From the NCBI GenBank assembly GCA_016936975.1, contig JAFGWU010000014.1:23529-87528 (forward strand): a stretch of 64,000 bases of DNA, read 5' to 3'. This stretch comes from Bacteroidales bacterium (GTDB lineage Bacteria; Bacteroidota; Bacteroidia; Bacteroidales; GCA-2748055). Below the pieces are notes generated by a model that searched no databases, was not told the DNA's origin, and saw only the letters and a program-made list of their open reading frames with translations. Of the stretch, positions 18,808 to 27,776 are shown in pieces. The position numbers and the translations under genes were made by a program. Each line of letters opens with the position of its first letter. Within the stretch, counting starts at the first letter, position 1.

Positions 18808-20712
18808 ATGAAAAAGAACGTGAATCATATAATCGTAATATCAGCAACATTATTCATGATGTTGCTCGGGTCCTGTTCGCTGGATGAGTTCAATCCGTCT
18901 ACAGTGGACCTTGAAACCGCGTATACGGATCCCGATGGATTTGAAAGCCTGATAAACTATTGCTATGACGGCTTATACTATTTCTACGGAAAAATAGATG
19001 GCATCGGGATCATGGAGATGGGTACCGATCTCTGGTTTTCCGAGAGCAAGGAGAAGGGATTCTCTCAATACGGCAGCGATATGAGTACGGAAATGGGAAC
19101 ACTGAGGGTGTTCTGGCAGGGGTTTTATGCGACCGTTAATTACTGCAACATGGCCATTCATTACGCCGATAAGGTCGAGGGCTATACCGCGGAGGAGCGG
19201 GATGCCAAGGTGGCTGAAGCCTATTTTCTCAGGGGCTGGAGCAATCTGAATTTAGTCGAGCAATTCGGAGGTGTGGTTTTACGCACCGAACCGACCACCC
19301 TGACGGGTCCCGATAATTTCCCGAAACGCAGTTCGGAAGTTGATTTTTATGACCTGATCATTTCCGATTTGAAATTTGCCTGTGAACATTTGCCTTATGA
19401 CCAGGGTGCGGAACGCGGACGGGTCTCGAAAAAAGCAGCATACGGAATGCTCGCGAAAGCCTATCTGCAGAGAACACGGCTCGGGGAATCGGATGCATCC
19501 GACTATGCCCGTCTGGCCCTTGAAGCTGCCGAAGAGCTGATCAATAACCAGGGAGAATACGATATTGCACTCAACCTGAGTACCGATACCCAATCGGGCT
19601 ACTCCAAACTTTGGGATGGGGAGAATAATAAAACCAACAAGGAGTTCCTCTTTATTGAGGCAGTCGACCACGAAACCTTTTTAAATCCTGACGGGGACAA
19701 CCGCGGGCGCACACGTCAGTATTATTTGATGGACCTGAAGACGGTTGGGGCAGAGTGGGGAACCACCGAGAAGAACTGCTACTGGTACAGCCGGGCAAAC
19801 GACAGGGGATTTAAGCCGACCAAATACCTGCTGACTGAGGTTTTCGAACCAGTCCGGGATCCTGCAGATACCCGTTTTGAGGAAACATTCTTCACGCAAT
19901 ACTTCAACTCCAAATGGTCCGACCATGTTATCACCGAGGCACTGGCCACCAAATATGGCAAGGATCCGTCGGTCATCGGGGATACCATTAAAAATACGGC
20001 CGGCACTTATAATACCACAGATGAATATTATGGCGGAAAAAGTTATTACGGCATAAATGGTTCAGGCTGCGTCAATATGGTTGATGAAGACGGAGACGGA
20101 TACCTCGACGGTCTGTCGGTGTTCACGCCGAATTATACCATACCGGCCGGGGAGAAGACTATGATGCCGTTCCTCTGCGTGGACCCTTCAGATATGTTTG
20201 ATGCCCAGGGAAGGTGGGTTACCCCGTTAACAGAACCCCGCGGCACAGAGTATAAAGACTGTTATCCCTCCATGCGCAAATTTTCATCCCTTTACTGGAT
20301 CTATACAAATCAGAAATGGGAGGGCGATGTACCGATTCTGCGGTTGGGAGAGGTATACCTGATTGCCGCGGAAGCAGCTCTCCGGTACAACGGCGATCAG
20401 GGTAAGGCCGCCGGCTATGTGAATACCATCAGGCAACGTGCTGCCGTTACCGGACGGGCCGCCGGGATGACGGTTGATCCGTCAGAGGTGACGCTCGATT
20501 TTATTTTGGAGGAGAGGGCCCGTGAGCTGGCAGGAGAGCAGGTGAGATGGACCGACCTGAAACGGTTCGGCAAACTTTCCAGTGCCTATCTTTCAGAGAA
20601 GAATCCCGATATCATTGCCTTTGATGATAACAAGAATTCGTTGAGGCCCATTCCGCAGTCGTTCCTGGATGCCATTGCCAATCCGGAAGAGTTCGGAACG
20701 AATGGGTATTAG
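18808..20712 (+). CDS. susD: SusD/RagB nutrient-binding lipoprotein
   Basis: Lipobox LGSC; AEAYFLRG, FGGV, RLGEVYLIAAEA, ERARELAGE, RWTDLKR, RPIPQ, terminal NGY. Confidence 0.96.
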   Translation: MKKNVNHIIVISATLFMMLLGSCSLDEFNPSTVDLETAYTDPDGFESLINYCYDGLYYFYGKIDGIGIMEMGTDLWFSESKEKGFSQYGSDMSTEMGTLRVFWQGFYATVNYCNMAIHYADKVEGYTAEERDAKVAEAYFLRGWSNLNLVEQFGGVVLRTEPTTLTGPDNFPKRSSEVDFYDLIISDLKFACEHLPYDQGAERGRVSKKAAYGMLAKAYLQRTRLGESDASDYARLALEAAEELINNQGEYDIALNLSTDTQSGYSKLWDGENNKTNKEFLFIEAVDHETFLNPDGDNRGRTRQYYLMDLKTVGAEWGTTEKNCYWYSRANDRGFKPTKYLLTEVFEPVRDPADTRFEETFFTQYFNSKWSDHVITEALATKYGKDPSVIGDTIKNTAGTYNTTDEYYGGKSYYGINGSGCVNMVDEDGDGYLDGLSVFTPNYTIPAGEKTMMPFLCVDPSDMFDAQGRWVTPLTEPRGTEYKDCYPSMRKFSSLYWIYTNQKWEGDVPILRLGEVYLIAAEAALRYNGDQGKAAGYVNTIRQRAAVTGRAAGMTVDPSEVTLDFILEERARELAGEQVRWTDLKRFGKLSSAYLSEKNPDIIAFDDNKNSLRPIPQSFLDAIANPEEFGTNGY

Positions 20713-20817
20713 GCGAATAAGCGACTGAGCGAATAAGCGACTGAACGATTAGGCGACTGGGCGAATAAGCGACTGAGCGATTAGGCGACTGGGCGAGACT
20801 GGGCGACTGGGCGAATA
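20712..20817. repeat. Octamer tandem repeat RGCGAHTR, about 13 units, alternating two variants
   Basis: ggcgaata agcgactg agcgaata agcgactg aacgatta ggcgactg ..., beginning at the susD stop codon. Confidence 0.93.
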
Positions 20818-21102
20818 AACAGCGGGCTGCATCGCCTTTTATCGTCTTTCATTGGTTGTTTGAGGTTTGACGACGGTGCAAGGTGCAGCAGCTTTGCCGG
20901 AGAAAGGAACGTACCGCCTCATGTCTGAGCAACCTGATAATCAAAAGTATTGAATACATAAGAAAATGGTTGCGAAGACAGAGGGGGTATTATAATCCGG
21001 AAATGAATGTATCATTTATTATAAATTGAAACCTTGCTTCCTCAAACCTTTTATTTTGAGACACCCCTGTCCGATGGAGCTATGCCTTAAAATTGTTACT
21101 GA

Positions 21103-21870
21103 ATGAAGAAGAAACAATGGTATGAATCTCTGTTTGAGAATTATGCAGAGAAATACGATAATGAGAATTTTACAAAGGGCACAAAAGGGGAATGTGATTT
21201 CATCGAGACGGAATTGCAGTTCGATAAATCCCTGAGGATACTGGATGTGGGCTGCGGAACGGGCAGGCATGCCATAGAGTTAACGAAAAGAGGGTATATT
21301 GTGACCGGGATCGATTTGTCGGAAAACTTGCTTCAGCGAGCCAGGGAGAAAGCCGCGAAGGAGAACCTGAAAATAGATTTTCAAAAACAGGATGCCCGGG
21401 ATCTGCCATTCATCAGGGAGTTTGACGTGGCCATCATGCTGTGTGAAGGCGGATTTCCATTGATGGAAACCGATGAGATGAATTACCGGATACTGGAAAG
21501 CGTTACCCGATCCCTGAAAGAGAACAGCACGTTTATTTTCACCACATTGAACGGACTGTTTCCATTGTATCACTCTGTTGAGGAGTATACTGATAAGAAT
21601 GCCGGGGAAGGAAATGCGGTTTATCACAGCAACACCTTTGATTTAATGACGTTCAGGGATCATAACATAACGGAGTTAGAAGATGATTCAGGAAATAAGA
21701 AGATCCTTGAATCGAATGAACGCTACTATGTTCCCAGCGAAATAACCTGGTTGTTGAAATCCCTTGGCTATAATAAGATTGATATTTATGGTGCCAGGCT
21801 CGGGGCTTTCTCCAGAAAGGATGAACTGACGACGAAGGATTTCGAGATGCTGGTGATCGCTGAAAAATAA
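21103..21870 (+). CDS. Class I SAM-dependent methyltransferase
   Basis: ILDVGCGTGRH, GIDLS, QDAR motifs. Confidence 0.92.
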   Translation: MKKKQWYESLFENYAEKYDNENFTKGTKGECDFIETELQFDKSLRILDVGCGTGRHAIELTKRGYIVTGIDLSENLLQRAREKAAKENLKIDFQKQDARDLPFIREFDVAIMLCEGGFPLMETDEMNYRILESVTRSLKENSTFIFTTLNGLFPLYHSVEEYTDKNAGEGNAVYHSNTFDLMTFRDHNITELEDDSGNKKILESNERYYVPSEITWLLKSLGYNKIDIYGARLGAFSRKDELTTKDFEMLVIAEK

Positions 21871-21941
21871 CTGCAATCATTCAGGCGGGCAGACTGCTGT
21901 TGCATCGTACAGAAGGTCCGCAGCGGAACGGGATAAAATTT

Positions 21942-22403
21942 CTACCTCATGAATTTTCTCAGTAATTCAGAGCAGATACTGTATCCGTTTCGCCACTCAC
22001 TCTCCCTGGGGCCGGAAAAGTTGAGTATGGCAGGTTTGATCCGGTCGGTAAACTTGCGAAGCTTCATGGCTGCCTTTTCGGGGGTGTGAACCGACATATC
22101 AAGCAGGAGGAACGGCTTCCCTTCCTGACGTGTGAACATATAGGATTCCAGCGTGCCACCCTCCATCTCCTCCATGAAAATGATCACCGTGGCATCGCTT
22201 CCGATGACATTGGCCCGGGTGCGATCAAGATAATCACCACCCGGCAGTTCGGTGAGAGGATACTTTTTATCGATGATACCATCTTCGGCTTTCCGGTCCT
22301 GGGGACACCATCCGCCGCATTCCACACGATTTCCCAGGCAAAAATCGAGCACGGCCCTGTCGACGCCTGTCTGTCCCCCGGAAATGAGTTTTATTTTATC
22401 CAT
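21942..22403 (-). CDS. SLOG-family protein (cpYpsA / 'putative molybdenum carrier')
   Basis: ISGGQTGVDRA, GGWCP, RAED-like, RTRANV, SDAT, GGT, LNFSGPRES. Confidence 0.85.
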   Translation of the reverse strand: MDKIKLISGGQTGVDRAVLDFCLGNRVECGGWCPQDRKAEDGIIDKKYPLTELPGGDYLDRTRANVIGSDATVIIFMEEMEGGTLESYMFTRQEGKPFLLLDMSVHTPEKAAMKLRKFTDRIKPAILNFSGPRESEWRNGYSICSELLRKFMR

Positions 22404-23314
22404 AATATGTCCCCGTCAAATTTTTCAGTCAGGAAATCAATGGCAGTTTCGTGGCAGATTCCCAACAGATAGCCTCCGCCGGAACCATTCAGCTTAAGAT
22501 AATATTCATTGCTGACCTGGCCCTCGATCCACGGATCCAGCATATGGTCGGGAATCATCTTCCTGAAATGGTTGTACTGAAAATCGGAAATCACCCGGAA
22601 AATTAGACCCGGGTCGGTTTTCTCCAATCCGAGAAGCGCATCGATCAGTCTTTGATTCATGCGTAGATACTCTTCCCTGATCCTTGTTTCAAACTTTTCA
22701 TCCTTCATTTGTTCGAGGAAATATCCAACCAGCGGAGCGGTATCAAACCGGGTATGCGAATCGAGAAGGAAAAACCGGTATTTCATGGGCAGGTCCGACA
22801 GGTCCAGCTTCACCTCTGTTATGGTTCCGTCTTCCCTGAAATAGAGCGGGGCTTTCCTGAAGCAGGTGAGGGCATCCACCCCGGAGCTTCTGCCATGGAA
22901 ATAGGATTCGATCAGCACCAGGTCATGTCGCTGTTCTTCCATCGTCAGGCTGTCGGAATACTCGAAAAACTGATTGTAAAGACAGGCTGCCAGGGCTCCC
23001 GAACTGCCCAGTCCGTATCCCTCGGGAATGCTCGATTCGTACCAGAGGTCACCTGAATACTCTTCAAAAAGTTTCTTATTAAATCTTGCTTTAAAATTAT
23101 CTTCCGGCAGCCGGACCAGGTAATGATATAGGTCCTGAACCGATTGATTGGAAATGGCGGCCTGCTCAGCCATACCTGGAGGGACTTCTTTCATCCGCCG
23201 TGGACGGGTGGTGAAAATCCCAAAGGGAATCGTAAGCGCGCTTCCACCCAGAATGACGCCGTACTCCCCTGTGAGCATGATTTTTGCAGGAAACAGGATA
23301 TTTTCAGAATTCAT
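22391..23314 (-). CDS. mvk: Mevalonate kinase (Bacteroidota type)
   Basis: PAKIMLTGEY, SSIPEGYGLGSSGA, ESYFHGRSSGVD, KLNGSGGG GHMP motifs. Confidence 0.85.
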   Translation of the reverse strand: MNSENILFPAKIMLTGEYGVILGGSALTIPFGIFTTRPRRMKEVPPGMAEQAAISNQSVQDLYHYLVRLPEDNFKARFNKKLFEEYSGDLWYESSIPEGYGLGSSGALAACLYNQFFEYSDSLTMEEQRHDLVLIESYFHGRSSGVDALTCFRKAPLYFREDGTITEVKLDLSDLPMKYRFFLLDSHTRFDTAPLVGYFLEQMKDEKFETRIREEYLRMNQRLIDALLGLEKTDPGLIFRVISDFQYNHFRKMIPDHMLDPWIEGQVSNEYYLKLNGSGGGYLLGICHETAIDFLTEKFDGDILWIK

Positions 23315-23319
23315 AAATA

Positions 23320-24513
23320 TTATATTTTACGGGCATCAGTCCCGGTTCGTGAAGGACCGTTACCCATCCGGTCACTGATAAAATATCCGTTTTCACAGTA
23401 TGCCCTGAGATCTGATCCAATAAAAGCATCAATTTCTTTTGCATCTTCTTCAGCATAAATAAGGTGCACATTGGCTCCCGCATCCAGTGTGAACCCAACC
23501 CGGTGACCGGTCCCGTTCCTGTATTCCCTTACCAGGCTGATGATTTTTAGTGATTCGGGTTGCATCAGCAGATAGCCGGGCCGGCCGGTCATCATCATGG
23601 CATGAAGGGTAAGTGCTTCCGTTTCCAGGATTTCAATGAATCCCTTCCAGTCTCCTGAGGCAATGTATTCCTTCAGCAGGCTGAGATTTGTTCCTGCCTG
23701 TCTGAAACGTACCTCGGCGAAAGGGTTGTTTTGCATGAGGGCATGACCGGCACTGCTGGATACTTTTTTTGCACCCGACTCGACAATCAGAATCGTATCC
23801 CGGATCGCTCCCAGGTTCCGGTGAACAGGAATCACAGGAATAGCATATTCATTGCTCGAACCGGCCCACTCCTTGCTTTCCCCCCACAACGCCATGTTGC
23901 CGTATACCGACCGCGATGCACTGCCCGAACCCAGCCGTGCAATAAAAGAAGCCTTCCGAAAAAACCACTCTTCATCTTTAAGTGATGAACGGCCATCCTG
24001 AACTTGTTTCAGGATCTTCTTCGTTTCTTGGTTTGTCTTCCGTTCGGGGGCCTGTTTCAGGATCTGCTCCTCCATTTCGCACAGGCAAAGGGCAAGAGCT
24101 CCCATGGCCGATGCACTGGAGGCAATGCCGGAGGAGTGCGGAAAGCTGTTACGCGAATGAACCGTCAGTTCGGCCTGTTTGAGAAAAGGCAGATAAGCTG
24201 TAACCGCAGTGAGGACCTTCAGGATTCGCGCCTCAAAGTCGGGTGCCGGTTTTTTTTCAAAAAAGAAGCTGAGTCCGGTTTCTTTCCTGCCGGGATCAAT
24301 GCTATAATCCACCCGGGTTTCGGTTACGGCCTTATCGAGTGTGATGCTGAGGGAGGGATTCATTGGAATCTGAACCGGTCGTTTGCCCCAGTATTTGACG
24401 ATTGCAATATTCGAGGGACAGGTCCAGCCAACTGTTCCGGAGAGGGGGCCGATCCGTCCGGACGGAAAATCCTTCAGGGCGGCAACCAGTTCATCATGAT
24501 ACGACATTCCCAT
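23320..24513 (-). CDS. mvaD: Diphosphomevalonate decarboxylase
   Basis: PSNIAIVKYWGK, NPSLSITL, GIASSAS, RLGSGSASRS, FTLDAGANVH. Confidence 0.93.
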   Translation of the reverse strand: MGMSYHDELVAALKDFPSGRIGPLSGTVGWTCPSNIAIVKYWGKRPVQIPMNPSLSITLDKAVTETRVDYSIDPGRKETGLSFFFEKKPAPDFEARILKVLTAVTAYLPFLKQAELTVHSRNSFPHSSGIASSASAMGALALCLCEMEEQILKQAPERKTNQETKKILKQVQDGRSSLKDEEWFFRKASFIARLGSGSASRSVYGNMALWGESKEWAGSSNEYAIPVIPVHRNLGAIRDTILIVESGAKKVSSSAGHALMQNNPFAEVRFRQAGTNLSLLKEYIASGDWKGFIEILETEALTLHAMMMTGRPGYLLMQPESLKIISLVREYRNGTGHRVGFTLDAGANVHLIYAEEDAKEIDAFIGSDLRAYCENGYFISDRMGNGPSRTGTDARKI

Positions 24514-25426
24514 GCTTTACCAGTTCGTTAAAGTTAAAAAGCACCCTGATTTTTTTCTTCTCCAGGTATTCTTTCAAAGATTCATGATCCCTGCCGGTTA
24601 CGATCATGACAAAGTCACCACCCCATGCGCCCAGGGACTTCACGTATCCGTCCAGGTCATTGAACAGGGTTTTCCCGACAGGCGTCAGGTTCAGCAGTTC
24701 AGAGAGTCGAGCCTCGTGGCGGGTCATATAATCTCCGAACTCATCGCGGTTGCCTGCATGAAGCATTCCCTCGGTCATCGCATCGAAAAATTCGATTGTC
24801 CGGTGGTCGGGGTCCAGGACGGATTGATAATGTTCAACGCTTTCATGAGAGTTTTGCTTTCTTCCGAGCCAGGCGAAGAAGATATTGTCTGAGAAGGCGG
24901 GAAGGAAGCTGACATGCCTGTACTGCGGGGCATCGTGTTTGATACGGTATACGATGGGTCCGCTGGCGATGGCGGTGGCGACATCATATCCGGATCCTGA
25001 AGAGATTTGCAGGTGCAGGTCGAGGGGGTTGAGTTCGGCCCACTCAGCGAGAAGGGCGGTAAGGGTCGAGCTGCTGCCAAGACCCCAGGAGGGATGGAAC
25101 TCGAGTTGGGTTTCAACATCCCAGGTAAAGAGCTCCTGCCGGAATGATGAGGAGAGTGTATCAAGGGTCTTTAGATAACCGGCCAGCTTTTCGGCTTTGG
25201 ATCGATCGGTTGTCTCTACGATCTCCAGGGTTGAAGAATTGAAAACGACCCGGAACCAGGGCCTGTTGAGATAGAAAGCCTCCCAGCAAAACAGCTTTTT
25301 TTGCCGTGCTGGTTTGAGATGGAGGGATTGTCCGACATGCAGGGGAAAGGAGAGGGCCTGGGCTCCGTACATTACCATGTACTCGGAGGAGATAAGCAGC
25401 TTGCCGTGGGCGTAAAATGGTTTCAA
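24494..25426 (-). CDS. GYDIA-family GHMP kinase (putative phosphomevalonate kinase)
   Basis: GKLLISSEY, WGLGSSST, SGSGYDVA, KSLGAWGGDF; located between HMG-CoA reductase and mvaD; TTG start. Confidence 0.82.
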   Translation of the reverse strand: MKPFYAHGKLLISSEYMVMYGAQALSFPLHVGQSLHLKPARQKKLFCWEAFYLNRPWFRVVFNSSTLEIVETTDRSKAEKLAGYLKTLDTLSSSFRQELFTWDVETQLEFHPSWGLGSSSTLTALLAEWAELNPLDLHLQISSGSGYDVATAIASGPIVYRIKHDAPQYRHVSFLPAFSDNIFFAWLGRKQNSHESVEHYQSVLDPDHRTIEFFDAMTEGMLHAGNRDEFGDYMTRHEARLSELLNLTPVGKTLFNDLDGYVKSLGAWGGDFVMIVTGRDHESLKEYLEKKKIRVLFNFNELVKHGNVVS

Positions 25427-25429
25427 GGT

Positions 25430-26761
25430 TTACCGGCTTTGGTTCCTCAGGATATTCAGATAATTCTCAACCGCGGAATGCGATACGGTTTTATCACCGA
25501 AATAGCGTTTTACCTCGTCTTTTTCCGGTTCTGTAGCTCCCAGCCGCTGCAAAATGTTGCTTAGATGCATTTTCATGTGTCCCTGCTGGATCCCTTTTGT
25601 GATCAGTGATCTTACGGCACTGAAGTTGTTGGCCAGCCCGGCCGCAGCAATGATCTCCATGAGGAGGCTGGCTCCCGGATTCCCGAGTATTCCCAGACTT
25701 ATTTTCGCCAGGGGATGCAATTCTGTTAATCCCCCGACTGTTCCCACGGCGAACGGAACTTTCAGGGTAAACCGGAACATTCCCTTTCTGACCGATGCTG
25801 CAGAAAGACTGGTATAGGAACCTTCATGGGAGGCATAGGCATGGGCACACGCCTCCACCGCCCTGAAATCGTTGCCGGTTGCAATCACCACGGCATCCAT
25901 GCCGTTCAGGATCCCCTTGTTGTGCGTAACAGCCCTGTATGCATCCTTTTGTGCGATATTCACCGCCAGAGCAAATTTTTCTGCAAAAGCAGATCCGTTG
26001 AGATTGTCATCGAGCCGGTCGAGTGCTTTGACAGGTGCCTCCACATAACATTCAACAAGCGATTCGGGTGTGTAGTTGGAGAGAATAGACATGATGATGG
26101 TTAATTCACCTTTGATCCCCGCAGACCGGGTCTCCCGGGTAACCAGATCCTTCCATGCTTTTGCAAGTTCTTCCAACACGGAGTTGATGAAATTGGCCCC
26201 CATGGCATCGGCCGTATGGAAGTTCACAAAGAGCTGAAAAAAAGATGGAATTCTGTCGGTTTTATCCAGGAGGCGGAGTTCGCGTATGCCCCCTCCGCGT
26301 TTTTCCATCCTTTCGGTAAGGAAAGATACTGACTTCAGCAGGTTTTCCCTGTTCCGTTCGAAAAGGTTGTAAAGACTCGCGCCGTCACCGGTCCATCGGA
26401 AATGCACCTGGCCAACCTTGAGCCGGTCCACGACTTTTACATGAAATCCCCCATTCATGGCCCAGAAGCGGGCTGCAGAGGCGGCGGCAGCTACCACGGA
26501 GCTCTCTTCGATAACCATTGGCACCGTATAAAGATGTCCGTTCACCAGGAAGTTGGGAGCCAGTCCATAAGGTAAAAAGTAGTTGGATATGGTATTTTCA
26601 CTGAATTCCTCATACATCCCCTGAAGCAGGGGGTCAGGATGCAGATGGGAGTTCAGCACCCTGGCCAGATCTTCGGCTTCCTTATTCTGGTCGGCCAGCC
26701 ACTGAATTTTCTCACTCCTGGAAAGTTTGGAGAAACCTTTGACAATCGGGGGCAGTTTCAT
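25430..26761 (-). CDS. mvaA: Class II hydroxymethylglutaryl-CoA reductase
   Basis: ENTIS, EESSVVAAA, DAMGAN, THNKGILNG, GNDFRAVEA, GTVGG, GIQQGHMKMH. Start set at MKLPP. Confidence 0.95.
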   Translation of the reverse strand: MKLPPIVKGFSKLSRSEKIQWLADQNKEAEDLARVLNSHLHPDPLLQGMYEEFSENTISNYFLPYGLAPNFLVNGHLYTVPMVIEESSVVAAAASAARFWAMNGGFHVKVVDRLKVGQVHFRWTGDGASLYNLFERNRENLLKSVSFLTERMEKRGGGIRELRLLDKTDRIPSFFQLFVNFHTADAMGANFINSVLEELAKAWKDLVTRETRSAGIKGELTIIMSILSNYTPESLVECYVEAPVKALDRLDDNLNGSAFAEKFALAVNIAQKDAYRAVTHNKGILNGMDAVVIATGNDFRAVEACAHAYASHEGSYTSLSAASVRKGMFRFTLKVPFAVGTVGGLTELHPLAKISLGILGNPGASLLMEIIAAAGLANNFSAVRSLITKGIQQGHMKMHLSNILQRLGATEPEKDEVKRYFGDKTVSHSAVENYLNILRNQSR

Positions 26762-26765
26762 GTGT

Positions 26766-27767
26766 CTATTCTTTGATGGTGAGGTAGGCATATGCCATTT
26801 CCAAACCTTGTACCTGGTTCATAACAAAGTTACGAAGTTGTTCATAATCTCCCCTGGCGTATTTTAAAAAAGTGGAAGCCATTCCGTAAATGGCCGGCAG
26901 CTGAGACTTCCGGATGAGGTAATAACCATCGAGGAAGGTTTTTATTCCTCCTGAAACTATGAGTTCCCTGCACATTGGTTTCTCTTCCTGGATGATCCGG
27001 TTGACATAACCAACCATGGAGGCGGGATCCTCGCCGATAAGGGATAATGGTTCAAAGTGTTCCTTTTTGGCACGATCGTCCCGGAGAAGTTCAACCCTGG
27101 CGAAGTTGGTGCCACCGAATCCTCCGAACTCAATCGCCTGAAGGGGCAACTGCAACAAGCTCCGGAGGCTTTCAGGCCCCATTCCCTGGCCGACCTCTTT
27201 CACAATCACCGGAAAGGAAAACCGGTCCAGGAATCTTCGGAGGGTTTCTACCGGCGGATGGGTAAAGATATCTCCTTCAGGTTGAAACCACTCCTGGATC
27301 GGATTGATATGAACGACGAGTCCGTCGGCTTCCAGCTCCCTGACCAGATCAACGGCTTTGGATACCTGGTTACGTTCCAGAAGCTCCTCGATCTGTGCAA
27401 TCCCCAGATTGGCGTAGAAGGGGAGGTCGCCACCAATGATCCGCCGCATATTGAAATCATCGAAATAGGTTTTATCCTCCATGATGATTCGGCAGGAACC
27501 CAGACCCATGCCCATTCCGAACTCATTGCAGGCCATCGCCAGGTTACGGTTAATGATGCCCGCCAATTTTGTTCCGCCGGTCATACTGCTGATCCATAAC
27601 GGGGCACGGTGTGTCTTTCCAAGGAAGGTAAAAGGTTGAAGGCCATTCCGGGGATGTTCCCGGAGAACGGGCTCATAGTGGAACCGGTTATCCAGTTCCG
27701 GCAAACCGGCCTGGGATTTAAAAGCCAAATCGATGTGGTCCTTTTTTCGGTTTTCAAGCGTTTCCAT
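26766..27767 (-). CDS. fni: Type 2 (FMN-dependent) isopentenyl-diphosphate isomerase
   Basis: RKKDHI, ISSMTGG, MGLGS, ANLG, HINPIQE, IVKEVG, GGTN, SGGI. Confidence 0.92.
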   Translation of the reverse strand: METLENRKKDHIDLAFKSQAGLPELDNRFHYEPVLREHPRNGLQPFTFLGKTHRAPLWISSMTGGTKLAGIINRNLAMACNEFGMGMGLGSCRIIMEDKTYFDDFNMRRIIGGDLPFYANLGIAQIEELLERNQVSKAVDLVRELEADGLVVHINPIQEWFQPEGDIFTHPPVETLRRFLDRFSFPVIVKEVGQGMGPESLRSLLQLPLQAIEFGGFGGTNFARVELLRDDRAKKEHFEPLSLIGEDPASMVGYVNRIIQEEKPMCRELIVSGGIKTFLDGYYLIRKSQLPAIYGMASTFLKYARGDYEQLRNFVMNQVQGLEMAYAYLTIKE

Positions 27768-27776
27768 ATCCGGGGA

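Noticed and set aside
20835..20945. SAM-I riboswitch upstream of the methyltransferase
   Set aside because: TTATC...GATAA, GGTGC and GCAACC are present but in the wrong order, and the kink-turn/pseudoknot core is missing.
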